Source: Nitrospirota bacterium (lineage in GTDB: Bacteria; Nitrospirota; UBA9217). Taken from it: a stretch of DNA of 64,000 bases. The notes beneath the pieces are model-generated. The model saw only the letters and a program-made list of their open reading frames with translations. It was not told where the DNA came from and made no database searches. Location: contig CAVTRN010000002.1 of NCBI GenBank assembly GCA_963737155.1, positions 2,144,001 to 2,208,000 on the forward strand, given 5' to 3'. The position numbers and the translations under genes were made by a program. How positions within the stretch are numbered: the first letter of the stretch is position 1; each line of letters opens with the position of its first letter. Shown here in pieces: positions 1 to 10,782 of the stretch.

Positions 1-130
1 AGTGAACCGGCTATTTTATCTTGGTAGCGTTCAGGAATCATCATAGCAACCTCCATGACTACAATGAGTAGAGCCTTCATTGTATCATGGTTTTTATAAA
101 ACCTCTTGGTTCCGGCTTGTCCGGGTTAGG
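1..130 (-). mobile_element. Left end and first codons of a second copy of the Rep_trans-like element, truncated by the window edge
   Basis: 1-130 is the exact reverse complement of 10792-10921; identity stops at position 131. Confidence 0.9.
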
Positions 131-188
131 CTTATCAAGTTCCCATTGCAGAATTTGCGAATTGATTTTTTCCCTCTGTCGCTGCAAA

Positions 189-401
189 CGTTTGATGCTC
201 TCTCCTCCGAACTCTTACGGGTTCAGTCCGCTGCCTTCCGGCAGTCCCCAGCATCTCATCCTTCCCGCGTGCGTTTCCTTCGTTCGTCGAGACATCGACA
301 TTGCCCCAGCCTTCCATATTCAGACCCCTATCTTGTCGGTTGCGGTATGGTCGGTTCGAAGGAGGCATCCGAATGGAGTGGCTATGTACGCGGCTCAAAC
401 G
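189..401 (-). ncRNA. Candidate structured non-coding RNA, unclassified
   Basis: Nested helices 189-195/395-401, 265-270/388-393, 276-282/357-363, 194-199/250-255; hairpin CTGCC-GGAA-GGCAG and a GTAA loop (both GNRA) on the minus strand; no credible ORF. Confidence 0.45.
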
Positions 402-882
402 GGGCGTGCGATTTTCTCACGCTCTGTTTTGCAGAGTGCGTCTTTCATGCAAAACAATCGCTGATATCAATGAAATAATCTGCTCGATGGCTTGGCCAAA
501 TTCATTGTTCGCTATGCAGATGTTCGCGGTGTTTCCACGATTGTCATAGATAATCTTAAGGACATCAGTGAGTACAAAGACTCGGGTGACAGTGAGAACC
601 AGCAGATAACCAAGGGCGGTTTGTCCAAATAGTCAAAAATGCTCACGTACAAAGCCAGATTCAATCGGGGTTCATGCTGAACTAGCCGAATGCATCAGAC
701 GCTACGCAAATAAATTTCGACATGTGCGGGCAACTAAAAGAAAACTATAGGAACAATCCCAGCGGTCGACAAGATAAAAGAAGCGGTCCTGTCTTAATTT
801 GAACATGACTGGCCGAACATGAATATCTGACGTTCAACTTCACACCTATCTCGGTCAAATTCACTGCTAAGACTGTTCCTTC

Positions 883-1656
883 TCAAAGAGTATTGAGATA
901 TGCAATAAGGTCCTCCATTTCTTCTGCGGAAAGGTAGGCGAATGATGGCATACGTCCCAGTGGCTGTCGAAGTTGGAACCGTATACTCTCGGCAGTGGCC
1001 GGGTTCTTGCTGATCGGAAGCACCGGCTTCCTTAGCAAGCCTTTGAGGCCTGGGCCAACGATCGTTCTCGTACTCGATGGGTCATGACAACCTGCACATC
1101 TTGATGCAAACAGTTTTCTCCCCTGCTCTATACTCAGACGATCCGTTCTGATTGCCATTATCCCTGGTGCACTCTCTTTTTTTACTGTCAGAAAAGGCCA
1201 TTGAAGATTATAAAATACGCTTTTATCCGTCGTCCGGTCCTGCCCGAACCGGCTGACTGTAAGATAAAACCCGCCTGATATGCCGACAAGCATAAAAGTC
1301 ATAACACCTATCATGATGCCTATGGTTTTTGCTTGGCTGTAAAACTGGCGATACATGCGCACGAAGAGAACTTTTATTGGGAAGAGAATGACGATGGCTA
1401 GGGCGAGTAATATGTGAAGAGCGGCCCGAGGCGACGGTTCAGCTTGAGATACTGACGCGAAGCCGATGCAGAGGTAGGATAAAAAAAGAAAAAGAAAAAG
1501 GTAGAGATATCCCGCAATCTTGTGAAGCCGCTTGAAACGGTTGATGATGGGGGTTTCCGCCGCCCGTCCAAACACTTCAAACATAGAGTATAAGGCCAGA
1601 AGAGCGCTTCCGAGAAGCCCAAGGGAAAACAGCGATTTAATGAAAAAAATTGTCAT
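883..1656 (-). CDS. Membrane protein with four N-terminal TM helices and a C-terminal monoheme cytochrome c domain
   Basis: Hydrophobic N-terminal half with His residues; CAGCH heme motif; MPSF axial Met region; start moved to MTIFF. Confidence 0.8.
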   Translation of the reverse strand: MTIFFIKSLFSLGLLGSALLALYSMFEVFGRAAETPIINRFKRLHKIAGYLYLFLFLFLSYLCIGFASVSQAEPSPRAALHILLALAIVILFPIKVLFVRMYRQFYSQAKTIGIMIGVMTFMLVGISGGFYLTVSRFGQDRTTDKSVFYNLQWPFLTVKKESAPGIMAIRTDRLSIEQGRKLFASRCAGCHDPSSTRTIVGPGLKGLLRKPVLPISKNPATAESIRFQLRQPLGRMPSFAYLSAEEMEDLIAYLNTL

Positions 1657-2269
1657 GGAAAGTCCTCTGGGATACAAAGCAAATACTAAACATTGGATTG
1701 TTATCAGTCTATGGAAAAAACCTATCAGAACGAGGGGGCAATGTCAAACAGGAGGAAGGAGAAAGTTGACTGATCAAAAAAACGATTGTTTACTCCGGGT
1801 CCTGTTCTGGAAACGGAAATAGAAGGCTATACCTCAATTTGCTAATGCAACTTTTCATGGCTATGGTCTTATCGTCAGGAGCTGAAATTCACGGGCCCGC
1901 TTGCACGCCGCATCTACCGTTTCTATCAGCTTGGCTTCCGTTTAATATTCTGCCTCGCCGTCCCGCAACACCAATGCGCATCGTAATCTGTGTAGCATCG
2001 TGCCAGTTTAAGTTTTGATATATGCTTATCTCCAGTATTCGTGCTGCAGCCTGCACAGCGTTATGGCCAGCATCGTATTCGGAAGGAGAATGATTCTCTT
2101 TTCCCCGGCCCACCAAGACGCGCTAGCCACTTCTCGTATCGTTTTCTGAGCCCGATAATCTTCTTGGCCAGCTCTTCGCCTATCTTCAGCCGATTTTCCC
2201 CCGTGCAGGTCAGTAACCATGCGGCCCAACTGATGCTTGAAGCGGGTCTGTTTAAATTCTTTCGAGAAC

Positions 2270-2465
2270 AATAGAGAGGGATATGATCATTATCCGTGCC
2301 CATCCGTTCTATTTCTATTTCGTATCTTTCGTGAATCCCTATCACGGTTTCTCTGATTATTTCCACATCATTATCGAGCAGTGCTCTTCTGTATTTCACC
2401 GGAAATGCGATGTGATAGTGAATCGACCACGCACAATGATTTCCCCTATATACTTCAGTTCGCTC
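2270..2465 (-). pseudogene. tnpA: Truncated IS200/IS605 TnpA (Y1 HUH transposase) fragment
   Basis: Translation HCAWSIHYHIAFPVKYRRALLD...MGTDNDHIPL; the HUH motif is degenerate and the C-terminal half is absent; boundaries approximate. Confidence 0.7.
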
Positions 2466-2689
2466 TTACACGCTCCGAGCTTTACACATAAGATGACCCT
2501 GCTAAAGCCTCTTTGCTTGACTCTAGACCGCCCTTTGGGTTGAAGGAAGAACGAATGAATAATCAATGGCTTGAAAGAGAATAATAGTGTACTGAAACGA
2601 GCAACAGAACGAGGTTATTAGGGGAAGTCAATAAGTGCGAAGCAACTTCGATTTTTTATGCGCGGGCATGGATAAAAAGGACTCTGTCG

Positions 2690-3529
2690 TCAGCGAGCAT
2701 CCCCTCCTGATTTTCTCGCAGTCAGCTCGAATACGAATGATCCCACCTTGAGTGAACTCTTGATGAGCACCGGAATTTTTTGATCATCGTCAGAAAGCCA
2801 CAGGAAAACCACTCCTTTGTTCAGGAAGACACCTTCATAGCGAGGATACGTTCTGAGTTTGATTGTTTCAAATTCACCGGCAGGTGTTTTTATCTTTTCC
2901 CTGTCCAGTACCTGTATCTCGACAGACCAGTTTTTGTCGCCTTCAAAGACAGAGATTGCCTTACTTTTGCCGATCGTTAAATTGCCCATCATCCGTATTA
3001 CGTAAAGCGCTGATAGCGGATCCACTACGTGTCTTGGCACGGAATGTGTCTCAGGGGCATCGTCGTTCAATTTGCTAATGACTGTTCTATGTGCGGAGTC
3101 GAAAGTTAATTCGTGCCGCCTCCTCTTCTTGCCGTAGGCTTCCTTGAGATTGTATGACAGGCTTTGTCCTATTAACGGGTCAAAAATGCTCCAGGCCATG
3201 TCATTAACGTGGAAGAATTTATCCACAACACCTGTTGAATGGCCAGTTATAACGAAGCATAATGCAGGCCTTCCCTCCGGTAATATTTCGCTTTCAACTT
3301 TTAGAACCACAATTCCAGCAGTAATGATGTTCGACCAACTGACATTATAGGTCAGCGTTTCGCCCCGTTGAAGCGCTGTGACGGGATACGAGGGAGAGAT
3401 TTTCGACTTGACATCGGCGCCGATTACGGCTGGAAGAAACATCATCACCAATGTAAGCATAATGATGACGCCCCTTATTCCAATTCGGATGGCTTTGGCT
3501 TTTAAAATATCTATCATGACAATTGACAA
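2690..3529 (-). CDS. DUF3108-like exported protein
   Basis: Signal-like N-terminus; GETLTYNVSW, DPLSALY, TPAGEFETIKL and LWLSDD..KIPV motifs; true start may be downstream. Confidence 0.75.
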   Translation of the reverse strand: MSIVMIDILKAKAIRIGIRGVIIMLTLVMMFLPAVIGADVKSKISPSYPVTALQRGETLTYNVSWSNIITAGIVVLKVESEILPEGRPALCFVITGHSTGVVDKFFHVNDMAWSIFDPLIGQSLSYNLKEAYGKKRRRHELTFDSAHRTVISKLNDDAPETHSVPRHVVDPLSALYVIRMMGNLTIGKSKAISVFEGDKNWSVEIQVLDREKIKTPAGEFETIKLRTYPRYEGVFLNKGVVFLWLSDDDQKIPVLIKSSLKVGSFVFELTARKSGGDAR

Positions 3530-3700
3530 GAGTATCCCAATTTCCGGCCGAGATTAACAAAGAAGGGAAAGACAAAGAAATTCTCCAACCTACTTTGAAT
3601 ATAGAATGATTTTCGCAGCGCCGATAACGGAACTGAAAGTATAATCACCTAACGTTTATTCGCTTGTATAGAAACAGAAATATCCCAGAATGGTAAAAAA

Positions 3701-3910
3701 TTATGTTACCAGAATCTTATTTCCCTGAAAATCCACGATTTGGCCTGATCGTATCTTATGACGTTTACGCAGTTCCACCTTACCATCAACCTTTACTCGT
3801 CCCAAAGAGATCTCCACCTTAGACATACCCCCGCTCTCGCAAAGTCCCACAAATTTCAAGAGCCTGTTCAACTCGATAAATTCATTATTTTCAAGTTTAA
3901 ACTCATACAT
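3701..3910 (-). CDS. S4-domain RNA-binding protein (YaaA/YbcJ family)
   Basis: FIELNRLLKFVGLCESGGMSK...VKVDGKVELRKRHKIRSGQIV. Confidence 0.85.
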   Translation of the reverse strand: MYEFKLENNEFIELNRLLKFVGLCESGGMSKVEISLGRVKVDGKVELRKRHKIRSGQIVDFQGNKILVT

Positions 3911-4782
3911 AACTATTCGCAGCGAATATCATGATTTCATCATCCTTACGATTCCTGAGATATCTGAATAAGTACAGAATTCCCCTTTTCTGCATATAGA
4001 CGATTTTCGACCACATTAAGGATGCCAGCTTTTGAACCCATAGTTGTACGTGATTACCGCAATAAGGTAGGCTGCAGCAAGCAGAACAATAACAATCAGG
4101 ATGCTGGCATTATACGACCTCCTTTCCTGAGTAGGATTTTCTGCGCATTACTTTGATATCTTTCTATATAAAGATAACGCTGACTTAGACAATGTCAAGT
4201 ATAAAAAAAATAGTTATACAAGGCTTTTCAATGAGCCACCGATATCCGGTAACGGCCTGCCAATAACGGTGTAGAAGACAAGAATACACAAAAATTAGGC
4301 CTTTATCAACTGCATTGTGCCGCAGCTAATGCAGATTTAATGTCTTTTGTTTCCGAGTTGTAGATGAAAGCCCTGATTGCTTCCTGATCCTTTGGCTATT
4401 ATGGCGACAAACTTGAGCCCTATGTCGGGTCGTTTATGGCGATCTCAGAGATATTGAAGCTCTCTCTTTTTTCCGCTTGGCATGGAAAATCTTAATTACA
4501 ATGGCCAAACTGCTTGACCATATTCATCGCCATACACTCTGCTCGAAAGGTGGTAAACACTCAAACCAGAGATACGGCCATATGATCCTAGTAAAAAGAT
4601 ATACGATGCTTTACAGACTCTTATATTTTCTCAACTTCAGCCTATTTCGTGGTCTCTAAGAAGCTTTCGAGACTCATTTCCCACCGTATGCTTTACTCAA
4701 TGTTCAATTGCAAGGAGAGTCAAAAAATACATGTCAAATTCACACATCCTCCACCACTTTGAGCAAGGAATATAACAATATC

Positions 4783-4811
4783 TTGACAATAAGGCATGAA
4801 TATCAGATAAT
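4783..4811 (+). promoter_or_regulatory. Sigma70-type promoter for accA
   Basis: TTGACA-N17-GATAAT about 90 bp upstream of the start codon. Confidence 0.6.
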
Positions 4812-4899
4812 ATGTAGTCTTAACAAGTAGCCCTTCCCTAGCTGCCGCGTCATTATGAGCGGCATATCTATTTAAAAAAAACAGCTCGAGGAGCGCATT

Positions 4900-5859
4900 T
4901 TGCCGCAAGAATATCTCGAATTTGAAAAACCGATTGCTGAGCTGGAAAAGAAAATCGAGGAATTAACGCTTTTTACCTCCAACGGAGGTATCGACCTAGA
5001 AGAAGAAATCCTGAAGCTTCAAAAAAAATCGGATCAGCTGCTCGCCGAAATATATTCTAAGCTTACACCTTGGCAAAAGGTCCAGATTTCTCGCCATCCG
5101 AACCGTCCATATACACTTGACTACATAGAAGCAGTGCTTACGGATTTCGTTGAAATGCACGGTGACCGCGGGTTTGGCGACGATCCTGCAATCGTATGCG
5201 GCCTGGCAAGCCTCGAGGGTGCTCCCATTGTCGTAATAGGCCATCAGAAAGGAAGGACCTTGAAGGAGCGCGTATACCGCAATTTCGGCCAGCCAAATCC
5301 CGAGGGCTATCGAAAAGCGCTCCGATTGATGCGGTTTGCCGAAAAGTTCAACCGTCCGCTCATTACCTTCATCGATACGCCCGGTGCCTACCCCGGTATC
5401 AGTGCGGAAGAGCGCGGGCAGGGCGAGTCAATCGCCCGCAACCTCTTTGTCATGTCAACGCTCAAGATACCCATAGTCAGTATTGTGATCGGCGAAGGAG
5501 GGAGCGGTGGAGCGCTAGCCATGGGTGTCGCCGATCGCGTGATCATGCTTGAACACGCCACCTATTCCGTCATCTCCCCAGAGGCATGCGCTGCCATCCT
5601 CTGGAACAACGGTGCAAAGGCCAGCGAGGCAGCGGAGCTTCTGAAGCTCACGGCTCAAGACTTGTTCCAAATGAAGGTCATTGACGAAATGGTGGAAGAG
5701 CCCATCGGCGGGGCCCAACGCGACCCGCGGCGAGTGGCGGAGCTGGTGAAGGAGGCTCTTACTCGGAACTTGACTGAAATCAGAAGTACGGAGCCCTCCG
5801 TTCTTGTGAAATTGCGCTACGAAAAATTCCGCAAGATGGGGTTGTACGACCAGATTTAG
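4900..5859 (+). CDS. accA: Acetyl-CoA carboxylase carboxyltransferase alpha subunit
   Basis: [38 protein letters not shown]; TTG start after a GAGGAG RBS. Confidence 0.97.
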   Translation: MPQEYLEFEKPIAELEKKIEELTLFTSNGGIDLEEEILKLQKKSDQLLAEIYSKLTPWQKVQISRHPNRPYTLDYIEAVLTDFVEMHGDRGFGDDPAIVCGLASLEGAPIVVIGHQKGRTLKERVYRNFGQPNPEGYRKALRLMRFAEKFNRPLITFIDTPGAYPGISAEERGQGESIARNLFVMSTLKIPIVSIVIGEGGSGGALAMGVADRVIMLEHATYSVISPEACAAILWNNGAKASEAAELLKLTAQDLFQMKVIDEMVEEPIGGAQRDPRRVAELVKEALTRNLTEIRSTEPSVLVKLRYEKFRKMGLYDQI

Positions 5860-5864
5860 TCAAT

Positions 5865-6218
5865 TTATTCTATTTCTTCCCTGAGCAAATCCGCTGCCGA
5901 TTCAATTCCTACTAAAGCATCCTGGACGTGTGTATAGGCCGACAGAAACACCAGCAAGCAGTATTCTCCTGAAACAGGCACAATCAATTCATTCCCCTCT
6001 TCGTGAGAAAAGAGCACCGCGTGGACAGATCCGAGTTCAAGGCGCTTTGCAATGTCCCGGATATGATCCAGATGAATCTCTTTCCATGCTCCAAGCAGCT
6101 TCACATCCCCATCGTAATGACCGGATTGGGCGATTGACTCTCCTTCACCATCCAGAAATATGGCTGCATGTGCGCCGCTAACCGTCGAAATCATGCCCTG
6201 AAGAATTTTCTGGAGCAT
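5865..6218 (-). CDS. Roadblock/LC7 domain protein
   Basis: About 117 aa; V.GAHAAIFLDGEGESIA roadblock-like pattern; start set at MLQKIL. Confidence 0.65.
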   Translation of the reverse strand: MLQKILQGMISTVSGAHAAIFLDGEGESIAQSGHYDGDVKLLGAWKEIHLDHIRDIAKRLELGSVHAVLFSHEEGNELIVPVSGEYCLLVFLSAYTHVQDALVGIESAADLLREEIE

Positions 6219-6318
6219 CCACACCTCCGGGAACGCTGGTGAGAAATGGCAGGAACAAGACAGTGCACGAGATTTCGCGTCTGTTACAACTCTCTGTAAC
6301 CTTCTCTTCTTCCGCAAG

Positions 6319-7020
6319 TCAACCGAAAATCCGGAAGAACAGAAACGTTACACCGGCGCCCAGAAGAGCTCCAGCGACGACTTCCAGCGGCCGGTGAATT
6401 CCCATGGACCATCTGCTCCAACTGATCATAACCGCGAGCAGAAAAGTCAGGAAAACGATTGAAAGTGATCCAGTCAGATAGAACGCATCTATCCAAATCG
6501 AGAAGGACACCGCTGCATGGCCGCTCGGCATACCCCCTCTAAGCGGTTCGCCCTTGCCGAAAAAAGCTTTAATAAAGATAACCAGAATGATCACAACAGC
6601 AAGGGATACGAAGACAATAATATCGTCAGGAGCCTTCGTGATATGCCAGTGCGTATTCAGGGTTGTTTTTTTCAGCGCAGGATAAAGGATAAGGTAAGCC
6701 AGCATAAGTGAACCAATTGATGCCGTAAGTACGACACCGGCCGCGATATCCTTAGCAATTTTTGCCTTAGGGTGGAACTCCTCGCAGATCATGTCTACTG
6801 TCGTCTCTATAGCCGTGTTCAACATCTCCGTAACAAGCACCAAGATGATGGCCATGCAGAGCAGTGTGAATTCAAGCCGGGAAATATTGAGGATCAATCC
6901 AAAGACAAGGGCCGCCAGCGCGGCTATGAGATGGTAGCGCATATGCCGCTGGGTTTTGACGGCGTATATTATCCCTTCGATAGCTACGTTGGTGCTCTGA
7001 AACCACGATTTCGGCTTCAT
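6319..7020 (-). CDS. dgkA: Diacylglycerol/undecaprenol kinase fused to a PAP2 phosphatase domain
   Basis: EMLNTAIE..VD and AKDIAAG (DAGK); MPSGHAA and SR...GIH (PAP2). Confidence 0.88.
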   Translation of the reverse strand: MKPKSWFQSTNVAIEGIIYAVKTQRHMRYHLIAALAALVFGLILNISRLEFTLLCMAIILVLVTEMLNTAIETTVDMICEEFHPKAKIAKDIAAGVVLTASIGSLMLAYLILYPALKKTTLNTHWHITKAPDDIIVFVSLAVVIILVIFIKAFFGKGEPLRGGMPSGHAAVSFSIWIDAFYLTGSLSIVFLTFLLAVMISWSRWSMGIHRPLEVVAGALLGAGVTFLFFRIFG

Positions 7021-7454
7021 CGGGCAATCCTCCGACAGAGGCGAACTTCCTTGCGACGCATCCTGCAGGCTTCCGTAGTCCCCCGTTCGTGGTCAAAGCC
7101 GAGCAGGTGGAGCAAGCCATGCACAAGCAGACGTTCAATCTCTTGTCCGAGTGAATGGTTCCGCTCCCGAGCCTGACGAGCAGCTGTGGGCACGGAAATG
7201 ACGATATCTCCCAGAATGTCTCGGCGAATTTCGGCAAATTGTCCTTCCCGCTGTGAGAAGGAAAGCACATCGGTGGCATGATCAACCCCACGGTAGCGGC
7301 GGTTCAAGGAACGCATGGCCCGGTCACCGGTAAAGAGGACGCTCAACTCCGCGTCAGGAATACCGAAACTATGTAAGAGAATTGCGAGCTGCTTCCTTCG
7401 TTTTGTCAATGCCAGCCTTTTTTTCCTCTGATTGTTTTTTATCCTGATGGTCAC
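7017..7454 (-). CDS. ybeY: rRNA maturation endoribonuclease YbeY
   Basis: LNRRYRG, TDVLSF, LGDIVIS, HGLLHLLGFDH. Confidence 0.95.
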   Translation of the reverse strand: MTIRIKNNQRKKRLALTKRRKQLAILLHSFGIPDAELSVLFTGDRAMRSLNRRYRGVDHATDVLSFSQREGQFAEIRRDILGDIVISVPTAARQARERNHSLGQEIERLLVHGLLHLLGFDHERGTTEACRMRRKEVRLCRRIAR

Positions 7455-9147
7455 TTCGTTTTTTTTCTCCAGGAAATTCCATGCCAGGATAGTCGATGCG
7501 CTGGTGGTAGATGCCGTTGAGGAGTAGGTTGAAGCTCTTTGAGATATCCCGCAGGTCCTTAAGCGTCAGGTCGCACATGCTGAGCTGGTCGTCAAGGAAT
7601 ATCCGAGTAATGACGCTGGTCGTCAACGCTTGGATGCGTTGGGGCGTCGGGTTTTCCAGCACCCTCGACGCGGCTTCGACATTGTCCGCCAACATCACGA
7701 TTGCAGCTACTTTCGTCTGCGGACGCGGTCCGGGGTAACGATAATCTTCTTCGGCGATATTTATGTAGGGCTGGAGTTCCTTCGCTTTCTGAAAGAAGTA
7801 GGTAATAAGCGACGTGCCGTGGTGCTGGTGGATTATGTCGATAATCGCGGAGGGCAGCTTGTGCTGTCGTGCCAAATCGACACCTTCCTTGACGTGGGAT
7901 GCTATGATCAGGCTACTCATGGAAGGCATGAGACGATCGTGCTTATTTTTAGAGACGCGCTGATTCTCGATAAAATATTCTGGTTTGTGGATTTTGCCGA
8001 TGTCGTGATAATAGGCCGCTACGCGCGCCAAAATAGGATTCTCGCCGATAGACTCGGCTGCGGCTTCTGCAAGATTCCCGATAAGGATACTATGATGGTA
8101 GGTACCGGGACTTTTGTAAACCAATTCCTTAAGCAGCGGATGGTTGGGGTCAAGGAGTTCCAGAAGCTTTATATCTGTTGCAATGTTGAAAACGGCCTCG
8201 AAAAACGGCAGGGTAACCGACACGATCATGGTAACCGATACCGCTCCAAGCAGACCCGCGGCCAAATCATTTACAATACGGTTCAGAATATCTCCGCGAT
8301 AGCTGTCGATGCCAATGATGACAATAAAACTGATAAGGGCCATTGAAGCACCCGCTCTGAGAACGGCGGTCCTCTTTTTGCATCGGATGACACTAAGTGC
8401 TGCGACGATACTTCCGAGAAAATAGTAGAGCGGAATAAAAGGATCGCCCTGGAGCGTTATCCCAAGAAGGATGCTGACGACAAAGGAAAATCCCAGTGCC
8501 AAATGAAAATCAAGAAGCAGGCTGGTCAACATGGCTCCAGCCGCCACGGGAAGCGCGAAACCAATGGTCACAATGTCCAGATGCAGCTTATCCGCCAGGA
8601 TCGTGAAAATGGTGTCGGAAAACTGCGCGAGGACAATCGTTGTAAGAAGCAGAAATGCGAGCAGGAGAATCTTATTCGTATCTCTGATAAGGGCCGGCCG
8701 ATAATAGTCGATATCTCGATAGAAAAGGTAAAACAAGACTAGGAACAAAGCGGCCAAACCGCAGTACGCATGAAACCTATTGCCAAATCCTTCGCGCCGC
8801 GCTATCTCCTCGAGGATACTGGCATCCCGCTCCGTTACGCGTCGTCCGGCTTCAACGATGACTTCATCCTTGATTACCCGATACGAAATCGTTGTCTGGT
8901 TGGGGCCGCGATACTCCATGGAGAATGTATAGGGCGAAGTAATGTTCCTCGTTGCCAGGTCTCCCGGTTCGAGCAACGGAATCCGCGGCAACAAAACGAG
9001 TGCTAGGAGAGCCGCCGTCACAACGGCGATGCCGACATTGGAGAGCATAACTAGGCGTGATGGCTTCGCTAGGAGGTCAGAGCGATCAGGATCGTGGCCC
9101 TGGGTTTTGGGGAGAAGCTTTACGGCCGTCTCATTTTTTTTATTCAT
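7369..9147 (-). CDS. 7TM-HD phosphohydrolase (PgpH-like c-di-AMP phosphodiesterase)
   Basis: Several TM helices followed by PGTYHHS, YYHDIGK, HHGTS, LADNVEAASR; lies in a phoH-ybeY operon. Confidence 0.88.
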   Translation of the reverse strand: MNKKNETAVKLLPKTQGHDPDRSDLLAKPSRLVMLSNVGIAVVTAALLALVLLPRIPLLEPGDLATRNITSPYTFSMEYRGPNQTTISYRVIKDEVIVEAGRRVTERDASILEEIARREGFGNRFHAYCGLAALFLVLFYLFYRDIDYYRPALIRDTNKILLLAFLLLTTIVLAQFSDTIFTILADKLHLDIVTIGFALPVAAGAMLTSLLLDFHLALGFSFVVSILLGITLQGDPFIPLYYFLGSIVAALSVIRCKKRTAVLRAGASMALISFIVIIGIDSYRGDILNRIVNDLAAGLLGAVSVTMIVSVTLPFFEAVFNIATDIKLLELLDPNHPLLKELVYKSPGTYHHSILIGNLAEAAAESIGENPILARVAAYYHDIGKIHKPEYFIENQRVSKNKHDRLMPSMSSLIIASHVKEGVDLARQHKLPSAIIDIIHQHHGTSLITYFFQKAKELQPYINIAEEDYRYPGPRPQTKVAAIVMLADNVEAASRVLENPTPQRIQALTTSVITRIFLDDQLSMCDLTLKDLRDISKSFNLLLNGIYHQRIDYPGMEFPGEKKRSDHQDKKQSEEKKAGIDKTKEAARNSLT

Positions 9148-10132
9148 TTGAAGATTCGTGGTGTTCGTATGCCTTAATGATATGCTGAACCAGTTTATGG
9201 CGGACCACGTCGCGGTTCGTGAAATAGACAAACCGTATCCCTTCGACGTCTTCGAGAATTTTCTGAACCTCGATCAGGCCCGAATTCCTTCCGTTCGGGA
9301 GATCGATCTGAGTGATATCTCCGGTGATTACAGTCTTCGAGTTGAACCCGAGTCGCGTGAGAAACATTTTCATCTGCTCCGAGGTAGTGTTCTGGGCTTC
9401 GTCAAGTATTATGAAGGAATCATTCAGGGTTCTACCTCGCATGAAAGCCAAGGGGGCAATTTCGATGTCTCCCCGCTCCACAAGCTTATTGGCCTTTTCC
9501 GTTTCAATCATATCGTAGAGCGCATCGTAGAGCGGCCGCAGGTAGGGGTTGACTTTCGCATAAAGGTCGCCGGGCAGGAACCCGAGCTTTTCCCCGGCTT
9601 CGACCGCCGGACGGACTAGAATGATCCTGCTTACTTCGCGCCGCAGGAGAGCTGATACCGCCGTAGCCATGGCAAGATAAGTCTTGCCGGTGCCGGCTGG
9701 GCCGATTCCGAAAACAACATCGTAGCGCCTTATTGCCTCTACGTACTTGCGTTGTGTTTCGTTCTTCGGCAAAACCGGTCGTTTGCGGCTTGAAACAGTA
9801 ATGTTTTTTTGGAAGATGTCTTTTAACGCAGCAGACGGATCGGCGGAATAGGCTTGTATGGCGTCGTTCACTTCGTCCTTGTCGGCGATGACCCCCTGGG
9901 AGAGAAGGTCAGCAAGCTGCTTGATAAGACCTTCTGCGTTCGCAACGGACTTCCCATCTCCTTCAATCTGGATACGGTTTCCGCGGGCATTCAGGGTAAC
10001 ACCATAGGTGTTCTCGATGAGGCGGAGATTCTTGTCCAAGTCTCCAAAAAGACTCGGCAGTGAACATTCATTTCCAATTATAAGATTTACTGCGGTGGTT
10101 TTCATCGCATGCATACTGCCATCTTTTCCCAA
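9140..10132 (-). CDS. phoH: PhoH-family ATPase
   Basis: GPAGTGKTYLA, RPAVEAGEKLGFLPG, RGRTL, DEAQN; true start may be a few codons downstream. Confidence 0.95.
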   Translation of the reverse strand: MGKDGSMHAMKTTAVNLIIGNECSLPSLFGDLDKNLRLIENTYGVTLNARGNRIQIEGDGKSVANAEGLIKQLADLLSQGVIADKDEVNDAIQAYSADPSAALKDIFQKNITVSSRKRPVLPKNETQRKYVEAIRRYDVVFGIGPAGTGKTYLAMATAVSALLRREVSRIILVRPAVEAGEKLGFLPGDLYAKVNPYLRPLYDALYDMIETEKANKLVERGDIEIAPLAFMRGRTLNDSFIILDEAQNTTSEQMKMFLTRLGFNSKTVITGDITQIDLPNGRNSGLIEVQKILEDVEGIRFVYFTNRDVVRHKLVQHIIKAYEHHESSNE

Positions 10133-10492
10133 CTAATGTTAACACGCCAGAAAACCAAAGTCAATTTCACTTTGATGTTAACTGCAATTCGGTAGTGTGA
10201 GCCAAAACCAATACACTTGCAATATCTTGTTCTGGAAATGGCATTTTGCCAAGTTGAAGATTAAATATTTTCAGGATTTCTTGCATAGGAAAAAACGGTA
10301 GTCGACTCGGGAAACGCTGACGTCCATATAAAACTACGGAGAATGCCGGCAGTGTAATCTCGATAGTAACGAGTGTCCGCTGCTATTCTTTGAGCATGAG
10401 GTTTCGTGGGTTGGCTAACAAGACTGCGGCGAAGTTTACGGACTTAAGAGGATCTTTTCCTAATCCTTCCCATTAATGGAAAACACAAGTTC

Positions 10493-10782
10493 TTGATGTT
10501 GAAGTCTCGCGATACACCTCGAACATGCTGATACTCTTCGCTCTTCTCACGCAGCTCCAGGAGGGATCGTCATGAGCGCGGTTTCCCCTCATGGACTCCA
10601 ACTTGAGATCGTACTTTCGGCGCAACTCCCCACGAGCGCAGGCACAGGACAATATTTCATACCTCCGACCCTCGTAGACGTTACCATTAACGAGTGAGTC
10701 ACGGCCGATGACTGCCAGATTAGGGGGGTCCGGAAAAAAGGAGGGGGATATGATCTCAAGATGTTGATGTTAGTGGAGTCCA
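10493..10782 (-). ncRNA. Candidate structured non-coding element (possible IS110/IS1111-like RNA or MITE)
   Basis: Two 9-bp inverted blocks (10592-10600/10774-10782 and 10602-10610/10752-10760); GAAA and GCGA tetraloop hairpins on the minus strand; no ORF. Confidence 0.4.

Noticed and set aside
10591-10782. Considered as 6S RNA or a retron msr-msd for the downstream ORF
   Set aside because: No 6S consensus; the ORF has no reverse transcriptase YxDD motif; the segment is absent from the second element copy
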